A stretch of 63,893 nucleotides of DNA, filler included, from Octopus bimaculoides (taxonomy: Eukaryota): assembly GCF_001194135.2 (NCBI RefSeq). It is 6 parts of 6 records of this genome, joined end to end, with 100 filler letters (N's around TTAATTAATTAA, not from the genome) between each part and the next. Parts side by side here need not be neighbours in the genome. Positions count along the whole stretch, not along the records: positions 1 to 27,093 come from NC_069001.1; 5 more parts are not named here. The stretch is one strand, 5' to 3'. Below, in pieces: positions 1 through 13,965 of the stretch (its first letter is position 1; every line of letters starts with the position of its first letter). The translations under genes and the position numbers were made by a program. Below the pieces are notes generated by a model, which had not been told where the DNA came from, ran no database searches, and worked only from the letters and a program-made list of their open reading frames with translations.

Positions 1-527
1 TATATATATGAGTATGTATTTGTGTGTTTGCCTGTCTGTCTCTCTCTGTCTCTGTTTTGTATGTATGCATCCATGCATATATGTAGGTTTGTGTGTGCCT
101 GCAAGTGCGTGAGTGGTGTTCGTGCATGTGTGCCTGTGCTTTTTCCGTACATAGATACGTACAGTCACCAGATCACTACCATTTTCGAAATTGTCACTGC
201 TGATAACAAGCCCCCACGTTTCACTCTCAGCAGTAACAGCAGAGGTAATCGACATTGTTTTTATTTTTTAATTTTTTTTTATTCACTATTAAATTATATA
301 ATGAGATTATATCGGACATACACGAAAGATTGCAGCGAAATTAAACGCACATTAAATCCATTTTAGATATTGTTCGTTTGCGATTACTCGTTAATGATTC
401 ATTATTGAATAGCAAATTATAAATTTTTGTCAGCCTGCATCATAACTATCCAGTTCTTATCTGTTGTTAGGTTTATTTTTATACCATTATTATTTGGAAT
501 AATATCAGTTATGTACATGTGTGTTTG

Positions 528-564
<37 letters not shown>

Positions 565-693
565 GTATGTAGATATCTATGTATATATATGTAATATTTA
601 TGTACATATAAATATATATATGTATATATCTACGTGTTTATATATGCATATATTTATATAAAAATATGACCATATTGATATGTNNNNNNNNNN

Positions 694-728
<35 letters not shown>

Positions 729-1434
729 GATATATGTATATATACAGATGTATGTATGTATGTATGCATGTATGTGCTCTTGTTTAATTTGGAATCTATC
801 CAGCATTGTACATGCTATTCTCTTGTGATTCAATCTTGCGGCGTCAGTAATTTCAGTAAGTGCCAAGGGTAGATAACATGAAACAGAGTAGAATAAAAAT
901 ATAATAACACTTAAAGCCCTCACCAACTCTCACCACCACTATCACCACCACCACCACCACCACCGCTGTAACTCTGTTACGTATATTAATGTTCTTTATA
1001 GCAAAAATTCTCCCATGTTTTTAGAAAGTGGCGAAGTAGTGAGAATATTAACGAACTAAATAGATTATAGGGCTAAATATTATTTCCTAATTCCCCGTCT
1101 CTTATTTTCCCTTTGTCCACTCTTTCCCCTATTTTCCAAATTACAGCCCCTCTTTCTTCTCTCTCTCTCTGTCATCCTCTCTTTTGTCTCTGTCTCTTTT
1201 GTCTTCTTGTCTTTCTCCTTCCTTCTCGCCTCTAAATCGATTCCATGACTTTGAAAGTTTTTGTTTTTGTTTTCTGCCGAGTATTTATCCTCTTTATGTT
1301 CGGTGCTAACAGATTCGTTTGACAACTTCAAATAGGTGAGACCTGTTAACTTTTTAGTTTCTCTATCGCTAATAACTTTTTATATTTATTTCTGGCGTCA
1401 TAAGTAAAAAGACATAATACATACATATATACAT

Positions 1435-1477
<43 letters not shown>

Positions 1478-1587
1478 GTGTTGTATAAATGTATGTATGT
1501 ATCACTTCCTTTTATCTTTTATCAACTTCAGTCATTAGACTGCGACCATGTTGGGGCACTGCCTTGAAAAGGTGCACAGTAATATTG

Positions 1588-1757
1588 ATTTCAAATTTTG
1601 GATCAAAGCCAGAAATTCTGGGGAACGTGATTAGTCGATTACAACGACCCCAGTGTTCAACTGGTACTTATTTTACGGACTCTACATGGATGGAAGACAA
1701 ATTCAAAATCAGGAGAATTTTGAAACAGAACGTGAAGACGGACGAAATATCGCAATG
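1588..1757 (-). mobile_element. SINE family A, degenerate copy
   Basis: Diverged match to family A (gtcgattac..cgaccccagt...actggtactta). Confidence 0.6.
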
Positions 1758-1811
1758 ATCAGTCATAACAAGAATAATTTTACCTTAATCTAATAGAATG
1801 CTAAATATGTT

Positions 1812-2334
1812 TGTAGAGTACGAATTTATTATTCTTATGCAAGAATATTATTGATAAGGATTTCGAAGTTTCGGCTGTCAATAATACACTTTAATATAAT
1901 GAAGGGTGAGAACTTACGCTATATTTTCCGAAGGTGGCGAGATAAACATTTGTCAACGACCGTTTGGCAGAAGTGAAATGACGTTGGTATGAATGACCAA
2001 ATATATATACAGGAAGTTAGCATAGTAGGAGACAGGTAACCTCGTTCACTTCCTGTTAACGAGGAAGGCAGGTAATCTCGTACTTCCTGTTAAAAAGGGG
2101 AGTGGGTAAGACAGCGGGAGCTTAGCGCGGATAGAACCAGAACGAGAGACGGAGCTGCATACAGGTCGGACTGTTCACCACCTACCTTGAAACGATTGAG
2201 ACTGGACATAATCTCCATATATGAACATTTACTTCCCTGTTTGAACACTTTGCTGTTGCGATAAGAAGTTTACCCCTTTTTCTTACGTTATAATTTGTCT
2301 GATCGAAACGACACTTGTTATATTTTTTTCTACA
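1812..2334. mobile_element. Candidate solo LTR (Ty3/gypsy-like)
   Basis: Termini TGTAGA...TCTACA form a 6-bp inverted repeat with TG..CA. Flanks tgtt/tgct could be a 4-bp TSD with one mismatch. Length is 523 bp with a GC-richer core. Confidence 0.45.
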
Positions 2335-2510
2335 TGCTGACTCATTTACAAACTCTCATACAAAAGTATAAAATATGAACTAGAAACTTCTTTAAAAAAT
2401 TTGATATTGCAACAATTTCTGTCATGAGAAACACCAAAACGGCCGACTATCACTATACTCTACTATATAAAACATTAAAACTATATAAACTGTGTGTGTT
2501 TTCCTTCTTG

Positions 2511-2541
<31 letters not shown>

Positions 2542-2578
2542 ATATATATATATATATATATTTCTAGATATATTACAT

Positions 2579-2620
<42 letters not shown>

Positions 2621-2947
2621 ACTATGTATCTGTGTATGTATCTATGTATACACGTATACACTTAGGCATAGATATGTAAATAAACAACGTCTACTGATAG
2701 AAAAAATGGTACTTTTAATTTGACATAATGATAGTATTTAATGTTGTGCGTTTACATTCTGAGTTAAAATTTTGTACCCGACTATAAGTGGTAGGACTCC
2801 ACTTTGTTCTAAGTCGCTGCCCTGTCAAAGGTCATTTAGAACAGTGTCAATTCTGTTGAAAGAAATCTCGTCTATATCCGGAGTATTTTACCTATTAGCC
2901 AACGACGACAAAGTTGCACCTGTTACACTTAATTTTTCCAGGACTAC

Positions 2948-3159
2948 GGAGGCGAGCTGGCAGAATCGTTAGCACGCTGCACGAAATGCTTTGCAGCATT
3001 TCGCCCGTCGCTACATTCTAAGTTCAAATGCCGGTGAGGTCGACTTTGCCTTTCATCCTTTCGGGCTCGATAAATTAAGTACCAGTGAAATTCTGAGGTC
3101 GATATAATCGACTAGTCCTCTCCCCCAAAATTTCAGGCCTTGCGCCTATAATATAAAGG
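2948..3159 (+). mobile_element. tRNA-derived SINE family A (short-tail variant)
   Basis: Head GGCGAGCTGGCAGAATCGTTAGC, B-box-like GTTCAAATGCC, body gaggtcgactttgcctttcatcctttc; recurs more than 10 times in the window. Confidence 0.85.
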
Positions 3160-3549
3160 TTTATTTTTCCAAGATTTCGATTCCGGTTGGCGAAATGGTG
3201 AAGACTATATTGAATGAGAAAATCTGCTCAATTTCTTATAGCGGAGTGAGCTTTTAGAAAGAACCCAAAAAGACAGGTGGTGGTGATAAACTAGGCAAGA
3301 GTCTAAGTCTACGAACCAAAAACTGAAAATGCGTATGAAAAAAATAAGAAAAGTTATCTTGTCCAAGCTTTCATATTTCTGCCAAATTACAGCTCACTGC
3401 ACGTATTATATTTTTACGAGCCCGAAAACAAAATAAGTAGAAGGTAGAATTAAGATCAGTGTAATTTATTCTCAGAACACAGAGATCGGGAACAAACATC
3501 ACAAAACATCTCATCCGATGCTCTAATACAACCACCAATTCATTTGTGT

Positions 3550-3778
3550 TATTTCTTTATTACCCACAAGGGGATACACACAGAGGGGACAAACAAGGAC
3601 AGACAAACAGATGAAGTCGATCACATCGACCCCAGTGCGTAACTGGTGCTTATTTAATCGACCCCGAACGGATGAAAGGCAAAGTCGACCTCGGTGGAAT
3701 TTGAACTCAGAACGTAGCGGCAGACGAAATACCGCTAAGCATTTCGCCCGGCGTGTTAACGTTTCTGCCAGCTCGCCA
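3550..3778 (-). mobile_element. SINE family A (long-tail variant), near full length
   Basis: Reverse complement runs from ggcgagctggcagaaacgttaacacgccgggcgaaatgc to gggtaataaagaaata. Confidence 0.88.
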
Positions 3779-4189
3779 CCAATTCATTTGTGCGGAGACG
3801 TATTTACGTTTTTGACTCAAGTAAAAGAAGGTAAGGTTAAACTCGGTGAGATTTGATCTCAGTGAACAACAAATAGTGTACAGTATTTTTGTCCTTTTCT
3901 GTAACGACTCAGCCAGTTCCATGTCTGAAAAATATAGACCCCTGTTTTGATACACAGCTTCTTCCTGATACAATATGAGTCATGGTTTCGTCCTCCCTTT
4001 GCCTATCACCCTTAGAGGCTTTGCAAAATGTCAAAAACATTTCCCTTTCAGCCCCCACTATTCGTCGTCATCGTAGTCGCCCTACTACTACTACTACTAC
4101 TACTACTACACCATGGCGTGAATCAATAATTGAATAGGTACAATTCACGCGAGTGTTTTCAGTAAAATAGTTACGCCAGGCAAATTTGG

Positions 4190-4413
4190 TTTAGCGGCAT
4201 TGCTTCCGCTTCTTACGATCTGAGTTCAAATTCACCGAGATTGACCTTGCTTTTCGTTATTTTGGCATCGATAAAATAAGTACCATTTGAGCACTGGTAT
4301 TTGATGTAATCGTCTTACACCCACTCAGCGGAATTTGAACTCAGAACATAGCGGCAGACGTAACACCGCTATTCATTTCGCCTGTCGTACTATCGTTTCA
4401 GCCAGCTCACAGC
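4190..4413. mobile_element. Two SINE A fragments in inverted orientation (+ then -)
   Basis: tctgagttcaaattc near 4220 and gaatttgaactcaga near 4331. Confidence 0.7.
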
Positions 4414-4602
4414 CTTAAACTCTTTTATAAATAATGTTTTACTCTCCGAATGTTTGTAACTTGAACAATGAGAACAACGAGAAAAGAAATTCGAAGCACT
4501 ACAGAAAGTGTAATCGGTTATATAACGAAGTTATAATTCAGTTTGAGTACGGTTTTTTGACGTTTGTTTGTAATATTAATGTCACAGACCCTTCTGCCCA
4601 CG

Positions 4603-4641
<39 letters not shown>

Positions 4642-4858
4642 CACAGACCCGCATCCACACACACACACACACACACACNNNNNNNNNNNNNNNNNNNNNN
4701 NNNNNNNNNNNNNNNNNNNNNNNNNNNNNNNNNNNNNATATACAAATACATCATACAAATATATATGTATATATGACGTATATATATACTTATATATACA
4801 TGTTTTACCTACATATATACATGTTATACATGCATACATATATATGTATATATATATG

Positions 4859-4893
<35 letters not shown>

Positions 4894-5599
4894 CTGCATA
4901 TATACATACTATATGTATATATACATAAACGTACCTATATCTATACCAATATACTTTTCAACCAAGCTATCTATTCATATACGTATACAAGCATATGTAT
5001 ATATACGTATACATATATACATATCTATCTATTTATCTCTATCTATCTATTAATGTAATTGTCTTTCTATCTGCCTATTTCTCTCTCTATACATACACAC
5101 ACACACGCCCACACAGTTATGAGAGCGCGCACACATACCCACATCTGCATATATTATATTGTTCAAACATATTTCCATATCGAATGACTCAGCTTTGTTG
5201 GATTTCGACATAAGATCAATGGAACCGTAGACTTCCAGCTGATATAAATGTGACGATTTATCGCCTAATAACTGTCACAGGACTCTCATCAGAAAATATC
5301 ACATACATCTTTGAGCAAGAATCACGTCGCAGCTTTACCTTTAACCGTGACAAGAAAAACTGTGAAGGAATCTTTGATGCGAAAGATACAATAAAAAGCA
5401 AAAGCTAACGGCCAAAATACCTGATGTGCCGCTCTGGCATTGTGTGTAAGGAGAAGCAATAAACATCAATAAAATGGACAATTATTATGCGATAGCCTTG
5501 CCACAGAATATATGATGACCGTAAGGGGAACTGTACGAAACGTCAGAGGGATCGTGAGGAAGGATGGGAAAATATATGTACGAATATATATGGAATGAT

Positions 5600-6990
5600 A
5601 AAGGTGAGGTGTTGCAGTTGTTGTTGTTGGTGGTGGTGGTGGTGGTTGTTTTGGAGGTGGTGGAATGGGTGGCAGTGGTTGTGCTGGTGGTGTGTTTGTG
5701 GTAGTGGGGTTTGATCATTGTGTTGGTGGTGGTGGTGGTGGTGACGGTGACTGTCCTGATGGTGGTGATAGTGGTGACGGCGGTGGAGATGGGGAGGTGG
5801 TGGTGATGATGGTGGTGNNNNNNNNNNNNNNNNNNNNNNNNNNNNNNNNNNNNNNNNNNNNNNNNNNNNNNNNNNNNNNNNNNNNNNNNNNNNNNNNNNN
5901 NNNNNNNNNNNNNNNNNNNNNNNNNNNNNNNNNNNNNNNNNNNNNNNNNNNNNNNNNNNNNNNNNNNNNNNNNNNNNNNNNNNNNNNNNNNNNNNNNNNN
6001 NNNNNNNNNNNNNNNNNNNNNNNNNNNNNNNNNNNNNNNNNNNNNNNNNNNNNNNNNNNNNNNNNNNNNNNNNNNNNNNNNNNNNNNNNNNNNNNNNNNN
6101 NNNNNNNNNNNNNNNNNNNNNNNNNNNNNNNNNNNNNNNNNNNNNNNNNNNNNNNNNNNNNNNNNNNNNNNNNNNNNNNNNNNNNNNNNNNNNNNNNNNN
6201 NNNNNNNNNNNNNNNNNNNNNNNNNNNNNNNNNNNNNNNNNNNNNNNNNNNNNNNNNNNNNNNNNNNNNNNNNNNNNNNNNNNNNNNNNNNNNNNNNNNN
6301 NNNNNNNNNNNNNNNNNNNNNNNNNNNNNNNNNNNNNNNNNNNNNNNNNNNGTGATGGTAGTGGTGATGGTGGTGGTGGTGGTCGCGATTGTAGTGATGG
6401 TGGTGGTAACGGTGATGGTGGTGGTAACGGTGATGGTGGTGGTTGTGGTGGTGGTTGTGCCGGTGATGGTCGTATCTATGGTTCTTTGTCATGATTGTGT
6501 TGGAGTTGGCGGGAAGTGTTGCTCCTCCTGATCCGGTTCCGGATGCTGATGCTGATGATGCTGATGATGCTGGTCGGAGTGATGACGGTTGTGGTGTTAA
6601 TGATTACGACCATGATGATATGCATAGAGATGATAATGATAATGGTGATGATGAGGATGATGACGATGAAGGTGACGATGATGATGATGATGATGATGAT
6701 GAAGATAACGAGGACAATGATGATGACAATGATGATGATGAAGATAACGAGGACAATGATGATGACAATGATGATGACGAGGAGGCAGAGGAATGCGGAA
6801 GAAGAAAAAATGATGATGATGACGCTGATGATAATGGTGATTGGGATAAGAAGGATGATGGTGGTGGTGATGATGATGATGACGACGCAACTGACGACGG
6901 CGTTTATTATGTTAACGATGATTGACAATATAGGTGAGAGTAAATGCTGCTGCCGATGATGATGATAGTGATGATGATGATGATGATTGA
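5600..6990. repeat. (GGT)n/(GAT)n triplet repeat field spanning an N gap, with a 39-bp direct duplication at 6701-6778
   Basis: Seen directly in sequence. Confidence 0.9.
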
Positions 6991-7261
6991 AAGGAATGGC
7001 AGCAGCAAAAGTGAAAATAAATGAAAATGCGCCGAGATGGGCCGTAATACATAAATAATCTCACCCCCCTCCACCCCACCCCCCTACTGACCATTTGACC
7101 AGTAACAGTTTTATTTTATTCCAGCCAGCTTACCAGAGAGAATACGGTGAACATATCTCGCTGACTGTACTAACGCTGATCTGTAGCTGGGCGATGTTCT
7201 CTCATGTGTATTCTAACATATGTATATGTGTGTGTATGTATTACTGTAATATATATATATT

Positions 7262-7315
<54 letters not shown>

Positions 7316-8950
7316 NNNNNNNNNNNNNNNNNNNNNNNNNNNNNNNNNNNNNNNNNNNNNNNNNNNNNNNNNNNNNNNNNNNNNNNNNNNNNNNNNNNNN
7401 NNNNNNNNNNNNNNNNNNNNNNNNNNNNNNNNNNNNNNNNNNNNNNNNNNNNNNNNNNNNNNNNNNNNNNNNNNNNNNNNNNNNNNNNNNNNNNNNNNNN
7501 NNNNNNNNNNNNNNNNNNNNNNNNNNNNNNNNNNNNNNNNNNNNNNNNNNNNNNNNNNNNNNNNNNNNNNNNNNNNNNNNNNNNNNNNNNNNNNNNNNNN
7601 NNNNNNNNNNNNNNNNNNNNNNNNNNNNNNNNNNNNNNNNNNNNNNNNNNNNNNNNNNNNNNNNNNNNNNNNNNNNNNNNNNNNNNNNNNNNNNNNNNNN
7701 NNNNNNNNNNNNNNNNNNNNNNNNNNNNNNNNNNNNNNNNNNNNNNNNNNNNNNNNNNNNNNNNNNNNNNNNNNNNNNNNNNNNNNNNNNNNNNNNNNNN
7801 NNNNNNNNNNNNNNNNNNNNNNNNNNNNNNNNNNNNNNNNNNNNNNNNNNNNNNNNNNNNNNNNNNNNNNNNNNNNNNNNNNNNNNNNNNNNNNNNNNNN
7901 NNNNNNNNNNNNNNNNNNNNNNNNNNNNNNNNNNNNNNNNNNNNNNNNNNNNNNNNNNNNNNNNNNNNNNNNNNNNNNNNNNNNNNNNNNNNNNNNNNNN
8001 NNNNNNNNNNNNNNNNNNNNNNNNNNNNNNNNNNNNNNNNNNNNNNNNNNNNNNNNNNNNNNNNNNNNNNNNNNNNNNNNNNNNNNNNNNNNNNNNNNNN
8101 NNNNNNNNNNNNNNNNNNNNNNNNNNNNNNNNNNNNNNNNNNNNNNNNNNNNNNNNNNNNNNNNNATATATATATTCATACATACATATATATATATATA
8201 TATGTATGTATATATATGCATATATATATATATGTGTGGTTATCTTCATGCTAGTTCCTACAAAGGATTACCTTTTCTTTTCTCTCTCTCTTTCACTCTT
8301 TCACTAATTCTTCTCGTTTTATGAGGTGTATCTACATCTATTCTCTGGTAAACCGTATAAATAAAACAAATGTAAGAATTATCGGAACGGAGGTTGGATA
8401 TATGAAAATCTGCGAAAAGGTGATGGTGGAATAAAAAGGGTTTAGCAGTAAGCGTTGTGGTTTTAAATAACAGGAATGAAGTAAAAGACAATGATATTCG
8501 AGATAGAAATGAGAATGAACGTCAAAAGCTGTCGGATTCTCGGTTCAACGATGAATTTGAGAATTACCATGTTGATTCAATGCGTTCGGCTTTTGTTTTA
8601 TATGCGCTGTTATTTTTGTATTTTGTTTGCAATAGGGAAAAAGCGAAATCAAAAATAGATGTAAGAACATGCGAAAGAAACAAAACAAACAAACAAACAA
8701 GAAAGATAAAGAAAATGAGAGGAAACAGAATAATATAAAGTAGAATGTAAAAAGTGTATTTCTTGTGTTTGACATGTGACGTGAAATGTTTCACTTTTGT
8801 CCTGTGTTGTGACAATACGCAAACACACAGACACGCAAACATAGAGATACACACACACATAAGCGCACACACACGCAAGCATGCAATACACACACACACA
8901 TGCACAGACGCAAGCACACTCTCGTATATAGTTTAGTATCTCCGAGAAGG

Positions 8951-8982
<32 letters not shown>

Positions 8983-9083
8983 TGTGTAAATATATATATA
9001 TATAAACATACATATATGCATTTATATTTATACATACATATATATGTATAAGTATGCACACACACACACGCATATATAGAAGA

Positions 9084-9240
9084 GGCTGCGTGGTAAGACG
9101 ATTGCTTCCCAAGCACATGGTTCCGCGTTCAGTCCAACCGCGTGGTACCTTGGGCAAGTTTCTTCTATTATAGCATCCAGCCAACCAAATCTTTCTCAGT
9201 GACTTAGGTAGACAGAAACTGAAAGAAGCCCGTCGTATAT
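9084..9240 (+). mobile_element. SINE family B head (5' half)
   Basis: ggctgcgtggtaag...ccttgggcaag...gacagaaactgaaagaagcccgtcgtatat. Confidence 0.8.
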
Positions 9241-9789
9241 AGATATAAATGGCAATTTCTCTCTGTTTGTGGCTGCCTGTTTAGTGACTAACTCCTCCGA
9301 GACTATCCAACCGATCTTGATGAACTTGATACGTGTGGGGCTCTTAAACCCATGCGGTCACTTACACATTTAGAATTATTAATAATTTGTAATCAGCATT
9401 GATTTTTAAGAAATCAGTAAGACATTTCAATGCAAATTCTCACATGAATAAATTTTTCGGTCACAACGTTTTGAAGATTTCAACCAATTTTCTTGAAACT
9501 TTTATACACAGATGGAATATGTGCTAAGAATGCATTGAGTCATGGTGCTGTTTTCTTGCAGATTGTGCCCAACTGACCCTACTATTCAGTGTAGTCGATA
9601 AAATCAAAAACTTTGCCAACCAACTTGTTTGTGAAACTTTCATCAAAATAGCCCCTTACATTACTACGAAGTATGAAGTTTTCTCATACAGCAGGGGATA
9701 AAATTCCACATCTTCTGAGTATTCTTGGCTGCTTGGTAAGACATCAAGTTCAATTAAATAAGAACAGTCACAGTAATGTAATAAAGTGT

Positions 9790-10444
9790 TGTTCAATTAA
9801 TTAATCCTTTTGATGATAATTTGCACCATATTATAATATCCGGTAAATAAACTAGATGTTCTGTAATATGCGAAAATATTAGTTTCCAGTTGGCGCAACA
9901 TTAGAAGATAGCTGGTGGATTTAATTCCAAATGTAGGCTCTTTATTGCAAGCAGTTTTTTGTGAGAAACTCTGTTTTTTTTTTCCACACATCTTGCCAAG
10001 TACCCCACGCCAAAATCCACCCTTCAGTCTGAATCATAGTCATTGAGATCATGGAATTTTCTTGTAACATTACTTTTCCGATAACGTTACTTCAAAGTGC
10101 AACGAACGCTTCAGTTTGAAATTCCTATCTCACGACTGGCATTACATTTTCAGTAGTCGTTCTTGCTTTCTGGGTTTCTTAATGCCTACTGACTTCTGAA
10201 ACGTTTCTTGTAGTAGATATTCTGAACTGCTTCACCTCTCTCTCTCAGACTAATTTCTAATTTGACGGGTGGTTAGTCGCATAGGTGTATCTGTTTGAAA
10301 TTCTGTTCTAAACTGCCTTTGCTCTTGGACTGAGTGTTCAAATTTCTTTTGTTCAGATCTTACTCTGGGTCTATTCATTATTTCTAATGGATTAAAGACA
10401 GTAGCTTCTAAAATGCGAATACAAATTTTGAGAACACCCTATAT
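9790..10444 (-). mobile_element. Decayed, internally deleted Tc1/mariner-superfamily element (DUF4817-type N-terminal HTH)
   Basis: Minus-strand translation EQRQFRTEFQTDTPMRLTTRQIRN..AVQNIYYKKR resembles VQRQFRREFQTDPPTRLTI.RIRDKFE..G.VQ. Later WGTWQDV resembles LWG.LKD.V. The left end reads TATAGGGTGTTC. Many stops and frameshifts. Confidence 0.55.
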
Positions 10445-10956
10445 ACATCTTGAACATCTTGCACTTTGCTCTTTCCATCTTTATAGCATACAGCTTTTAT
10501 GGCTTAAGATTTCTAAATTCTATCAGGTGTGTTATAGTAGCTACCTTGAATGTAGATCAATCTCTACATGTGCGTGTGCAAATTTAACCAAAGCTAACTT
10601 TGGATTCTATTCTACCAAACTGCATATAGATAGCTGTGTCTTGAAACGTGACCAGGGATCATAGCAGAGCAGAACGTACAATGTTTCACACACAAAAAAG
10701 CATATATAATAGCAAATACAATTCGATAATCTTTTGATAACTAATAGCAATAGATGTCTTCATAGCTTGGCACAGAGAACCATAAATACACTATCATATC
10801 ATTATATACACACGCACAAACCAACGACAATGACACAATGAAATGCGCACAATAAATATCTGTAATTCTATGCATGCGCATACAGATAGGTATACTCTAT
10901 ACCGGACTGAAGTAAACTCACATACACACATACACCCATCATACATACATTTATAC

Positions 10957-10997
<41 letters not shown>

Positions 10998-11306
10998 TAT
11001 ATACGTGTGTATGTATGTACTTATGTATGCGTGTGTATATGTGAGTTTAAGGCGCCAAATTATATTAGTGCAATTATTGCGCAATAATATTGCTTCGATT
11101 GTAACGAACAATTCCTGAATCATCAAACACACATTCATAGCCTTCTACAAATACCACTTTACATGCAACCGCATAAATATGTCGACAAACATAAACACAC
11201 GCACACCTATATGTACCTACGTATGTATATATATGTATACATACACTCATTCATACATACATGCATACATACGTACATACATATATATATATATATGTAT
11301 ATATAC

Positions 11307-11398
<92 letters not shown>

Positions 11399-11985
11399 GT
11401 ATATATATATATATACATATATATGATTGTGTGTAGCCTTGTTTTTATGTCTGTATATGTAAGTACGTGTGATAGTCTAAGTACAGTTTGCAGCATTAAG
11501 TAAGCCACATTTAAGGTCAGAGTCTGCACTAAAATAATACATTATCTGCACCTAAAAATACTTTTAAGTAAGCTTCCATAAAATAAGAAAGCTAACCACT
11601 CACGAGACTATGTATATATACATATATATATACACATATATATATATACACACATATATATATACACATATATATATACATGTATATGTATAAATATATA
11701 TATATATAAATATATAAATATATAAATATANNNNNNNNNNATATATATATACACATATATATATATACACACATATATATATACACATATATATATACAT
11801 GTATATGTATAAATATATATATATATAAATATATAAATATATAAATATATAAATATATATATATATAAATATATATATATATAAATATATATATGTATAT
11901 ATGCGTGTAAATGTCTACATCTGTATATAACGTGTATGTGGTGACATATGTGCTGCCTTGAGTGTGTGAAGTTTTGTGTGTACTT

Positions 11986-12059
<74 letters not shown>

Positions 12060-12233
12060 NNNNNNNNNNNNNNNNNNNNNNNNNNNNNNNNNNNNNNNNN
12101 NNNNNNNNNNNNNNNNNNNNNNNNNNNNNNNNNNNNNNNNNNNNNNNNNNNNNNNNNNNNNNNNNNNNNNNNNNNNNNNNNNNNNNNNNNNNNNNNNNNN
12201 NNNNNNNNNNNNNNNNNNNNNNNNNNNNNNNNN

Positions 12234-12265
<32 letters not shown>

Positions 12266-12815
12266 TGTTCTTTTTTTTACTTTTTAATGTTTCACTTTCC
12301 GTTTGCCGCCCCCCTCTTCCTCTACTCCCATTATCTTTATCTAAACATATAATCGAAGAATTGGTATCGACGAGGTAATCAGTGTATTTTGATTCTTAGC
12401 ATGTTCCTGACTGACACTGGGGCGTGTTTCATAGTCTATTAGCCAACAATTAGCATCGAAGATCAATGGCTGTAGATTGCAATTGTGTGATGATAGCGGA
12501 AGAGTAAAAATGCTTAGAGATAGATAGATAGATAGATAGATAGATATATAAAGAGAGAGGGGGTGGAACTCAGCTGTCTTCATTTATAGAGAGGCGAAAC
12601 GACACGCCGATGCATATTATGGAAGCACAAAACTGCAGTAAATTTCTTCGTCTTTTACTATAATGATTCTAAGCGTAAATAACATCGTGAAAAACCAATT
12701 TACTTAAAACATTTCGAATAAATATGTATGTATGTATGTATGTATGTTTCTATGTACCTATGAATGTATGTGTGTCTGTGTTTACATTTCTGTAGGTACG
12801 TGTTCATGTATTTCA

Positions 12816-12861
<46 letters not shown>

Positions 12862-13269
12862 TATTTATGTACGATTATGAATATATAGGCATATATATAT
12901 ACGTATGTATATATTTATACTCACACACGCACACACAAATACATATGTATATACATACATACATATATATATATATTGTAAATATATACAATTATACGCA
13001 CATATAAAAATACATATACACATTGAAGCCTGCACTCACACACACATACACATATATACATACCTAAACGTACATCACTACAATCATACGTATATATATA
13101 TGTGTGTGTTTGTGTGTGTTTATATATATATATATATATATATGCATATATACTTATATATGTGTGTGTGTGTATCTATATGTATATAAAATACATATAA
13201 AGTTATATATGCGTATACACACACAAAGGCACACACACACACACACACACTCACGTAACTATACATATG

Positions 13270-13334
<65 letters not shown>

Positions 13335-13894
13335 ATGTATACTTAACAACATTAAATGTATAGAAATCAGTAAATCAGAGAGAAAAGGCAGGCGGTGTAA
13401 GTCTTCTGTTTGCTATCTTAAATCCTACTTACCGGCTAAATTACCTTTACCTCATAAAACGTGGAAAAGCTTTTCGCTAATGTATCGCATGAGTGAAGCA
13501 TTCTGCGCCAACAATAAATGATGCACAAAAGTCTTCTAGTCTTTGGAATGGTAACTCCAAAAAGCTTTTACTTTCTGAAGTTGCTTTCAGATGTCGTCCT
13601 AATGGAAAGTCGTTCATTCAATGCCACGTTACCGTTTTGGTAAGGTTAGAGTTAGTGTGTTTATTAGCTACAAACAGCGATATGTATATACATATGAATG
13701 TATGTATGTATGTGCGTGTGTATAAGCGAATAGGTGTATAATGTATATATGTGTGTATATACGTGTGTATGTCTCGATATATATATAGATAAATATGTAT
13801 TTCAAAATATAAATATGTATATTTGTAAATATAAAAAAATAAAAATTGCTGATATATAATTTTACATACATAAATGCATATGTATATATATGTA

Positions 13895-13965
<71 letters not shown>

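Noticed and set aside
6491-6925. Asp-rich 144-aa ORF and overlapping His-, Met- and Ile-rich ORFs
   Set aside because: Products of (GAT)n repeats that are open in several frames; no domain or splice support.
11620-11860. Duplicated AT-rich block
   Set aside because: It also straddles a 10-N gap (11731-11740); likely an assembly artefact.
13591-13639. 49-nt candidate exon (ttgctttcAG ... TTG|GTAAGG)
   Set aside because: No similarity to class C GPCR sequence; such signals arise by chance in 64 kb; needs RNA evidence.
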